Shown here: piece after piece, positions 42,609 through 49,624 of the stretch
How positions within the stretch are numbered: the first letter of the stretch is position 1
Layout: each line of letters opens with the position of its first letter
NCBI GenBank assembly: GCA_963751595.1
Contig: CAVVVC010000004.1
Coordinates: 73,262 to 137,261, forward strand
DNA length: 64,000 nucleotides
Direction of reading: 5' to 3'
Source of the DNA: an uncultured Gammaproteobacteria bacterium
Lineage (GTDB): Bacteria; Pseudomonadota; Gammaproteobacteria; Pseudomonadales; JAHEGP01
Translations under genes and position numbers: made by a program
Notes under the pieces: generated by a model
Told to the model about the DNA's origin: nothing
What the model saw: the letters and a program-made list of their open reading frames with translations, nothing else
The model's database searches: none

Positions 42609-43259
42609 TTACGCAGCAGCCTGGTTACGTCGACGGGCAACCCCGGCCAGACCCACCAACCCGGTGCCAAACAACCATACGGCGGCGGGTAAGGGCACTT
42701 CCTGCACGTCGAGGGTTGCGCCGGTGTAGCTAACATTGCCAACCTCTAAGCCGGCGCCATCAAACCAGGGGTCGGAAATTGCGTTGATCCCAAGAGTAAG
42801 AGGGGACGTTCCAAGGGCGGCGTCCGCCAGCACGCTAAACTGCAAGTCGTATACATCAAACAGGGTTCCCGCCGAGTCGCACCCAAAATTCAATGTACAT
42901 GTGGTCCATGTAACGTTTAGCGACCCTGCAACTTCATCTATGTTTACGACGTTAAATCCAGCGTCACCGCTGTTGTTCAGGAATTGGTTCAGCTGAATAG
43001 TTCTTATGCCTATGGCGACATTGCTCGGTGGTGCGTTTAGCGCCAGCCGCGTGGGGTCCCAGGTCAATTCGAAGCCTCCCCCGGCGGAACCTCCCTCTGC
43101 CGTGAAGTTGGCCGAAACTGAAGCATTGATGGTTGACCCCGGCACGCCTACCAGCGGATCCGGGTTGACAAAAATGTCGGCGGCATTGACACCGGTCGCC
43201 ATCAGGAAACCTGATACTCCGATCAATGTGCTTCTTATGCTGTTTTTCATCTTATTCAC
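42609..43259 (-). CDS. PEP-CTERM (VPLPA-type) sorting-domain protein
   Basis: Signal peptide ...GVSGFLMATGVNAADI and C-terminus VQEVPLPAAVWLFGTGLVGLAGVARRRNQAAA. Confidence 0.85.
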   Translation of the reverse strand: MNKMKNSIRSTLIGVSGFLMATGVNAADIFVNPDPLVGVPGSTINASVSANFTAEGGSAGGGFELTWDPTRLALNAPPSNVAIGIRTIQLNQFLNNSGDAGFNVVNIDEVAGSLNVTWTTCTLNFGCDSAGTLFDVYDLQFSVLADAALGTSPLTLGINAISDPWFDGAGLEVGNVSYTGATLDVQEVPLPAAVWLFGTGLVGLAGVARRRNQAAA

Positions 43260-43428
43260 TCCTTGGTAATTCTCGAAAGAACCGTTGTGTTATGCCACTT
43301 ACTTTTTTATTTGAGCGCGTCCTGCGCCCGAACCCTTTCTTTTTGCCGTAAGGCCATCATTGCTAACGGCGCCCCAAGCAAACTATCGCAAGACCCCCTT
43401 TCGAAATTGGGCGCTTACCGTAAAGTGA

Positions 43429-43444
43429 AGCAAGTACCGTGCCA
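43429..43444 (-). promoter_or_regulatory. sigma-54 promoter (-24/-12) for PEP-CTERM gene 42609..43259
   Basis: The minus strand reads TGGCAC-GGTAC-TTGCT, a full match to TGGCAC-N5-TTGCW. It lies ~170 nt upstream of the ATG at 43259. Confidence 0.75.
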
Positions 43445-43508
43445 GCATGCACTTTTACTCTGTTTCTCGGTCACTTAGCGATCGCTTTCAGGCCCTAAAA
43501 CAGGGGGC

Positions 43509-43628
43509 TGTATAGAATCTCGACACCTTTACAATTCCAATTTTTTTGCTGGGTGTATTAAATGCGTATTTAAATCATAAGGTTATGTGGCGAGCGGGCT
43601 GTAATCATCACTGTAAAAAATTTCGACA
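43509..43628. promoter_or_regulatory. two copies of a 17-bp TGT-N11-ACA motif (candidate enhancer-binding-protein sites), module copy 1
   Basis: TGTATAGAATCTCGACA (43509-43525) and TGTAAAAAATTTCGACA (43612-43628). They lie 65 and 168 bp upstream of the minus-strand sigma-54 element. The same pair recurs at 48729-48848. Confidence 0.55.
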
Positions 43629-43738
43629 ATCCTGAGTGGGTGTGCTACCAACCTGCGTGTTCCCGCTCGTTGGGCATTCTAAAGTCAGGATTTATGTGTC
43701 TCGATTCTGCGTAGCCGACAACGCCATCAGCCCACAGC

Positions 43739-44430
43739 GTGCGGATTGGAAGTCAGGAATCAACCAAAAAGCAATGGACGCTGCCAAAGTGATGGAGAGC
43801 TGACCAACCGGGCTATGCCTGCAGAGGTCGGTGTCAAACGACCTTCATGGGGTATTGGCTGAAGACCGTTGTCGTGATCGTTGCGGGACAAGGAGTGGCC
43901 CCTGTGGTGCGTCAAATTCAAATCGATAAGCCGGGTACACGCGAATTATCTGGAGGGCGCCGAAACTGACAAGGAGGCATTAACGATCCCGTGAAGTGTG
44001 ATCGGCACCAGGTTACCGGACGAGCGGTGTCCGGCATAGAGGCGGCGCGAGTTCGATTCAGGCGCTTTGGTGGAACTGGGTGAACTTGGGATCGTGATGT
44101 CAAGTGAGGCTGTCGAGTGAAGAAAAGCGGGCAGGAAGTACCGTGCACGACCCGCGGAGGGGCCGAGCTGTGCAAGCGATAAAGCATCTGTAATAGATGT
44201 GGAGCAAAGGGATCGGATTGTTTCAATCGCATCTATGGCCAAATCCGGTGGGGGTGAACGACTGATACTCGCGAAACCCCTTATTATTTGCAATCAGCTG
44301 GCAGGGGAGCCGTACCGGCGTGTTAAGGCCAATCGAGGAGCGGCAGGAATCGACGCGTCAACAGTCGAGAAATTCGACCCGGACCGCAATAGGCATCACC
44401 ACCGGGTCTGGAGTCCTGGCCTTTGACTGC
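43739..44430 (+). mobile_element. group II intron fragment (5' RNA domains plus first ~50 codons of the reverse transcriptase), 3'-truncated
   Basis: It begins with GTGCG at 43739, exactly where homology between the two regulatory-module copies breaks. ORF 44199..44426 contains ...EPYRRVKANRGAAGIDASTVEKFD..., the canonical N-terminus of intron-encoded RT/maturases. No RT core, domain V or domain VI follows. Confidence 0.7.
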
Positions 44431-44456
44431 GGCCAAAATCTCCTGGCGGCTCTTCG

Positions 44457-44490
44457 GGCGTGAGCTAAATCCCGGCTCACGCCGCTTTTG
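44457..44490 (+). terminator. terminator-like hairpin followed by a C10 tract
   Basis: The perfect 9-bp stem ggcgtgagc (44457-44465) pairs with gctcacgcc (44475-44483), followed by gcttttg and then cccccccccc (44491-44500). Confidence 0.45.
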
Positions 44491-44673
44491 CCCCCCCCCC
44501 TTTCTTTTTCAGCCGTCCATCGTTTCGATCAACGGGAGAGGTAAGCGGGGAGCTGCCCAAGAATAGCTATTCAAACCTGATAATCCAGCTAACTGTTTTT
44601 TTAAAGCTACGAGGGGGTGCCTGCTTCGGTAATCGAATCCGCTTTCAAGCAATCACTGAATTATCCCGCGCTG

Positions 44674-44690
44674 TGTCGGTATTTTTTACA
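44674..44690. promoter_or_regulatory. third (inverted) copy of the TGT-N11-ACA motif, module copy 1
   Basis: TGTCGGTATTTTTTACA lies 77-93 bp upstream of the plus-strand sigma-54 element. The identical 17-mer occurs at 49245-49261. Confidence 0.55.
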
Positions 44691-44766
44691 TATCACGAGG
44701 CCGTCAGGTAGTTGGGCTTGCTTGAGTCGGTGCTAAGTTGTTGTGCTACCAATTTTTTTATCACGC

Positions 44767-44782
44767 TGGCACGGCGCTTGCA
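44767..44782 (+). promoter_or_regulatory. sigma-54 promoter (-24/-12), operon A
   Basis: TGGCAC-GGCGC-TTGCA is a perfect consensus match. Confidence 0.8.
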
Positions 44783-44989
44783 GTTAAGCTCCATGTCAAG
44801 CAACTTGCTGCTCAGAATAAATTTCAATCATAAAGCGAGCGATCAATGATGCTTCTGTTGTGCGTTCAAATTATCCATCCAACCAGTAGGCATAGGCGTC
44901 TCTCCCCTTGGTGTGGCGATTGCAGTGTTGCTTTGACTGTTCGCTTTTGTCAGAGCTTGATTCAGGGGCGTTGTCGCTAGTCGGCTTCA

Positions 44990-45203
44990 GCAAGGTTTGC
45001 GATGCTGACTTCGATGGCAGACTCACCGAGACCTAGACGATTTCGGCCGAATCAGGAGCGTATTCGGTAGCCCGGTATCGGGTGGAATACCTTATGAAGA
45101 TGCAGATCATGCCGATTTAGATGATGGCGGCGCGGTTGACCTCGACGACCACTTTTCGATATGTCAGGGCTCAACTTGGGTGTACACGGTCCCTCAGGGT
45201 TGA
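44990..45203 (+). pseudogene. relic of the 3' end of a tagged paralog (degenerate copy of 47440..47661)
   Basis: Nucleotide blocks align with the end of gene 46417..47661: tgcgatgc, tcaggagcgYattcgg, ccttatg, gatcatgcMgattt, ggttRacctc, ttttcRatat, ggtccctcRgggttga. One frame reads DADHADLDDGGAVDLDDHFSI..., compared with DHADFTGDGVVNLSDFSIFR in the intact gene. It is broken by stops and indels. Confidence 0.65.
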
Positions 45204-45470
45204 GACCGAAAAAGCGGATACACGGTCCGCTGTGGCGATAGCCAACACAAGTTGTAAGGCGAGGAACACGGCGGTGAGGAAGCTGAATCAGGAACACACA
45301 GGGAGAACATGACGGCGGAGGTGTCACCAATCGAAGCTCGGGTATTGTTACCCGTGGCAAGCGCACCGTGAATAACAACTATCGTTTTCGCAAACGATAT
45401 AGAGACGACAAAGGTAACAGCACAAAACCCGGTCCAATTGAAATCTGACGTTAATGAGGTGGAAAATAAA

Positions 45471-46388
45471 ATGAAAATACCATTCCCTAACACTTGGTCT
45501 TGCAAGCGTTTCACTCTTTGCAAGCGACAGGCTGTCTCGCTGCTTGCTATTCCCCTGTTATGCCACAGTGTCTATGGCCAGGCGGCCGTGTTACTGCTGG
45601 AGGGTCCCATTAGCGCTTTGACTGATGATGGTGACGGCACGGGGAGCATTACCGTAATGGGGGTCACTGTCGACATTCCTGTCGGGACGCCCATTACCAC
45701 GCCGACAGCCTCGCTGGGTATCACGGCTGCCGCCAACCCTTCGGTTCTACCCGGTCGAACCCAGGCCGGCTTTGTTGGTGGTACGGCCATTATCGAGGGC
45801 AGCGGTGATCTTGCTGGCGGCTACAGCGCAGACTCGGTGTTTCTGGAGCCCGCCGAGAATATTCTGGGTGCCGCAACCACTTCACTGCCGGGTGAATCCC
45901 TGCAAGTAGCCGGTGTAGCACTGAGCCCCACCGGCGATGCGCGCATTCCGAATGGCCCCTTCACCAATGTTTTCGGCTTCGAAGTAGACCCCGACAGTGT
46001 GCCTCAGGGTTCTGGTGTTGTCTCTGAGGGCTATCTGTCCAATGATGGCAGCGGGGTGATGAATTACTTCGCGATTGAAGTCGATGGTGGCACTCTGGTC
46101 AATGCTGGCATCACCGAGGTCAGTATCTCCCGGGCGCAGTGCCAGGAAGATCCGGGGAACCCGATTGAGCTGCGAGTACAAGGAGCGGTCCATGATTTCG
46201 CCCCGAGCGATGTAAGCATTACCGATGGCGGGTCGCAGGTGCCCTTCGGCACCGTGACACCCGTCGCAGATGTTGCTCCCTTCGGCGTCTATTCCTTTGT
46301 TTTGAGGGGTGATGCCGCCTTTACAGTCTGTCCAACCAGTGTCTCGGCGACCTTTAATGGCGTAACCACTACCGCGGCGGTGAACTAA
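45471..46388 (+). CDS. secreted protein, unknown family A (untagged paralog)
   Basis: ORF 45438..46388. The ATG at 45471 follows the RBS gaggtgg. The N-terminus is hydrophobic. It aligns with 46417..47661 through LLLEGPISA..GSITVMGVTVDIP.GT.ITTPTA..PGRTQAGF.GGTAII...EPAENILGA...FGFEVDP...TEVS..RAQC..IELRV.G.VHD...FGTVT.VADV.PFGVY and ends (..TTTAAVN) where the neighbour's tag begins. Confidence 0.8.
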   Translation: MKIPFPNTWSCKRFTLCKRQAVSLLAIPLLCHSVYGQAAVLLLEGPISALTDDGDGTGSITVMGVTVDIPVGTPITTPTASLGITAAANPSVLPGRTQAGFVGGTAIIEGSGDLAGGYSADSVFLEPAENILGAATTSLPGESLQVAGVALSPTGDARIPNGPFTNVFGFEVDPDSVPQGSGVVSEGYLSNDGSGVMNYFAIEVDGGTLVNAGITEVSISRAQCQEDPGNPIELRVQGAVHDFAPSDVSITDGGSQVPFGTVTPVADVAPFGVYSFVLRGDAAFTVCPTSVSATFNGVTTTAAVN

Positions 46389-46416
46389 CAAGGGCATAGA
46401 CCCGGAGGTAATACGA

Positions 46417-47661
46417 ATGAAACACCTGACATCAGTTTTTCTGGGAAAAAATCGTCTGCAGCTGGCAGCGGGGATCACATTTATGGTGCTGAGTTTTCCA
46501 GCTAGCGCCGTGCCTCTGTTGTTGGAGGGGCCGATCAGCGCCATATCGGCAAACCCCGATGGCTCTGGCAGCATTACCGTACTGGGGGTTGTCGTCGACA
46601 TTCCGGCGGGAACCAGCATTACTACGCCGACTGCGACCCTTAGCATGAACCAGGCAGTCAACACCACCCCGCTACCCGGGCGTACACAGCCTGGGTTTAT
46701 TGGTGGCACAGCCATTATTGCAGGCACCTCGGTGGCGAGCGTCAATACCGCAGATAGCCTGTTTATGGAACCCGCTGAAAATATCCTCGGGGCCGATGTG
46801 ACTTCGACTCCCCCCGATGCCATTGCAATCGCCGGCGTCCCGATGGTGCCCATCTCTGATGTTCGCCTGCTCGCCGGCCCAGTGACCAATGACTTTGGCT
46901 TCGAGGTCGATCCTGCCACAGTGCCCAGCGGCGTTGACGCGGTCGCTGAGGGGTACTTTTCCAACGATGGCTCCGGTGCGTTCCAGTACTTCGCTCTAAC
47001 AGCCTCGGGAGGCGATATCCTCAACCCAGGCGTTACCGAAGTAAGCGTTATCCGTGCCCAGTGCAGGGCAGGGGCCACGCCCGCCGATCCCATTGAACTG
47101 CGAGTGCTGGGCGGCGTGCATGACCCCGCCGGTGGCACGGTCACCATCAGGGACTGGGGACCAACCACATTCGGTACGGTGACGGCCGTCGCTGATGTGC
47201 CGCCCTTTGGAGTCTACGACTTTCGAGTGCGAACCGGCTTCACTGTGTGCCCGTCCAGTGTAACCGTGGAGTTCAGCGGTGCATCCACAGTGGCCGCGGT
47301 AGCGGGCGGTTCGCCCGATGTTGATGGCGATGGCGTGCGCGATGACGTGGACAATTGCGTCGATGTGGCCAATGGGCCGCTTATCCCCGATGCCGGTGGT
47401 TTTATCCAACGCGATACCGACGCGGATGGTTTTGGCAATATCTGCGATGCGGATCTCAGCCAGGACGGTACAACAGTAGTGAACCTCAGTGACTACGCCT
47501 TGTTCAGGAGCGCATTCGGCGATACCGCACCGGGCACGGAGCCTTATGGGCCAGTGGATCATGCAGATTTTACTGGAGACGGAGTGGTTAACCTCTCCGA
47601 TTTTTCAATATTCCGGGCGCAATTTGGCGGTGAGCCTGGTCCCTCGGGGTTGAATCCGTAA
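46417..47661 (+). CDS. secreted protein, unknown family A, with C-terminal TSP3/dockerin-like module
   Basis: 414 aa. Signal peptide ...MVLSFPASA. It is a paralog of 45471..46388. The last 119 aa (47302..47658) are the shared module: DVDGDGVRDDVDNC...DTDADGFGNICDADLSQDG..VNLSDYALFRSAFG...ADFTGDGVVNLSDFSIFRAQFGGEPGPSGLNP. Confidence 0.85.
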   Translation: MKHLTSVFLGKNRLQLAAGITFMVLSFPASAVPLLLEGPISAISANPDGSGSITVLGVVVDIPAGTSITTPTATLSMNQAVNTTPLPGRTQPGFIGGTAIIAGTSVASVNTADSLFMEPAENILGADVTSTPPDAIAIAGVPMVPISDVRLLAGPVTNDFGFEVDPATVPSGVDAVAEGYFSNDGSGAFQYFALTASGGDILNPGVTEVSVIRAQCRAGATPADPIELRVLGGVHDPAGGTVTIRDWGPTTFGTVTAVADVPPFGVYDFRVRTGFTVCPSSVTVEFSGASTVAAVAGGSPDVDGDGVRDDVDNCVDVANGPLIPDAGGFIQRDTDADGFGNICDADLSQDGTTVVNLSDYALFRSAFGDTAPGTEPYGPVDHADFTGDGVVNLSDFSIFRAQFGGEPGPSGLNP

Positions 47662-48544
47662 GGTCAGGCAAGGCGATGCTGTGCAGTCAGGTATCTCAAG
47701 ATGCACCGCACGAAGCAGCGGCGGAAGTGTCTTGAATCAGGGCCACGGTGAATACACCCTGTACCGCTTCAGCCCATGATGGGCTGGTAGCGAGATATCG
47801 TGGCACGGCGCCGGCAATCAGCCGTAGGAGAAAATCGATAAGAGCATTGAAAACAGAGGCAAACATAAAGGTGTGTCTGTATCGCCAATCCAGCGGGGGC
47901 TGCGTAGCCGCTAATTGTGACAGGTGGTCCCGCCTGACAATGCCTTCGCTGCTCTTGCCAGCTTTGGTTCCACAGGCTTTACAGGCGGGAGTCAGGGGAG
48001 AATAAATACGGGGCCTGGGTTTCTAACAGGTAAAAGCGCCACACTTTAATGAGCTCAAGGCGTTGGTGCATGCCACCAGGCATCATCCTGTAGTGTATTC
48101 CTGGTCCTCGAGCGCGATACCGACATAGCGCCCAGGCGCTGGAAATGGATAGCGACGATGTATTCGATTGCCTCCCGCAGCAGGGCTGAAAAGCCTTTGC
48201 ATTACAGATCCTGCCCCCGATGAGGATAGTCTGGGTGGTCCTTCGTTGCTGGACTTCATCCCGCAGCTAGTAGCTAGCCGGCCGCGTTCCAAGCCAAGCC
48301 TAAATTTGACGCGCTTTCACGGGTTTTGCTCGGGGCGGCCTGTGCCGTCGAGGAAGCGGCTGGCTTTCTGTTGGCCGGCTGGGAGGAATTAGGCTGACAG
48401 CGTTGAAGCGCAGGGGAGGCCAGGAATCAGCGGCGAAATGGGCTGGAATTAGCGAGAGAAACTCAGCGATGGCGCGCAGTACTATGCCAGCATGCTTTTA
48501 CAACGTTTACGGACGCATAAAGAATGCTAGGAGGCGCTTTAGTT

Positions 48545-48713
48545 GGAATGGCACTTACTTAAGGAGAAGGGCATAGGATTTTCGAAGCGCCGCTCCGAGT
48601 GTCTACCCCGTCAGAACACGCTGTAAACCCGCCCCTGGGGGCTCTGCGCCGACATCCCTGTCGGCGAAGGTCCTGCCGATAGACACCCGAATCGGCTTAA
48701 GTCAGTGCCATTC
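48545..48713. mobile_element. MITE-like palindromic element (169 bp) inserted in regulatory-module copy 2
   Basis: The terminal inverted repeats are ggaatggcacttacttaag (48545-48563) and cttaagtcagtgccattc (48696-48713), matching at 17 of 18 positions. The flanking 9-bp direct repeats are gctttagtt and gctttcgtt. The interior is an imperfect long palindrome (for example cgccgaca-tccc-tgtcggcg). The element is absent from the homologous site in copy 1 (tcgctttcagg, ~43484). Confidence 0.65.
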
Positions 48714-48728
48714 GCTTTCGTTGGTTAC

Positions 48729-48848
48729 TGTATAAAATCTCCACACCCCTATAAATACAAGGGCTTTAATGACTTAATAAATTACTTCAATAAATCATCG
48801 GGTTATGTCAATAACAGGTGCCAATCATAACTGTAAAAAGTTTCGACA
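48729..48848. promoter_or_regulatory. two copies of the TGT-N11-ACA motif, module copy 2
   Basis: TGTATAAAATCTCCACA (48729-48745) and TGTAAAAAGTTTCGACA (48832-48848), with the same spacing as in copy 1. Confidence 0.5.
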
Positions 48849-49244
48849 ACACTCACTTAATGTGCTGACAACCTACCCCGTCCAGTCCGTGACCATTCTA
48901 AATCTGTGCTTACCCAATCGATTCCGCGCAGCTGAAAAAGGTATCAGCGTCCAAAGAACCGCCGATGTGTTGCCAGCGGGCGGTGGTAAAACCGGTGTCA
49001 TTATTATTCACGGGGCGTGGCACAAGCAGCCTGACTGGCAGCGATATCATCCTTAAATTTCCGGCATTTTCGATCAGCAAAGCTGGAAATTACGATTCAC
49101 TACAATCTTGATGCCGAGGGTCTTATCCAAAAATAGCTATACAGAATCTATGGAATGTAACTCGCTATTTTATAGGTGCGAGTGGGGTGCTTGCCTCGGC
49201 AAACCTATCCAGCTTTCGAAGAACCACTGAGACATTTCGTTGAG

Positions 49245-49261
49245 TGTCGGTATTTTTTACA
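49245..49261. promoter_or_regulatory. inverted TGT-N11-ACA motif, module copy 2
   Basis: TGTCGGTATTTTTTACA, identical to 44674-44690. It lies 78-94 bp upstream of the sigma-54 element at 49339. Confidence 0.55.
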
Positions 49262-49338
49262 TATTACCGGGGGACAAGGTCGATGCGCTAGCAATGGCTT
49301 GCGCCAAGCTCTTGTTTTACTAACTTTTATGCCACCGA

Positions 49339-49354
49339 TGGCATGCCCCTTGCA
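49339..49354 (+). promoter_or_regulatory. sigma-54 promoter (-24/-12), operon B
   Basis: TGGCAT-GCCCC-TTGCA lies ~270 nt upstream of the ATG at 49625. Confidence 0.75.
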
Positions 49355-49624
49355 AGAGCACTAGCACCAGGCGTCTTGCTGCTCAATATATTAATCATAA
49401 AGTGAGCGACCCACGATGTACCGATACGTCGAAGATAGAAACCTAACCAGAAGGCACTGTTGCGCCTCGTCGCCGTGGCGCAATGCAAGCCGTGCCGCTT
49501 CGACGGCTCGTGTGTTTGAAGGCACCTCAAGTGCTGTGCTGCTTTTCAATGCGACTCCCCCAGCGAGGCCGCCAGTGCATTTGGCATAGTTAATCATCAT
49601 CCAAAAAAACATGAGGACTCAGGG

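Noticed and set aside
45055-45100. Hairpin gagcgtattcggtagcccggtatcgggtggaatacc, considered as a group II intron domain V remnant
   Set aside because: The helix lengths, bulge and loop do not fit domain V. The sequence aligns instead with the coding region tcaggagcgcattcgg...ccttatg of gene 46417..47661, so it is part of the tag-gene relic.
45882-47168. 428-aa minus-strand ORF spanning both family-A genes and their intergenic gap
   Set aside because: It is antisense to two plus-strand genes that have signal peptides, mutual paralogy and a recognisable C-terminal module. Its composition is low-complexity Pro/Ser/Ala/Gly, typical of a GC-rich shadow frame.
48805-49056. 83-aa ORF inside regulatory-module copy 2
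   Set aside because: The homologous stretch of copy 1 (from 43586) hits a stop after 16 codons. The conservation is at the nucleotide-motif level, not the coding level.
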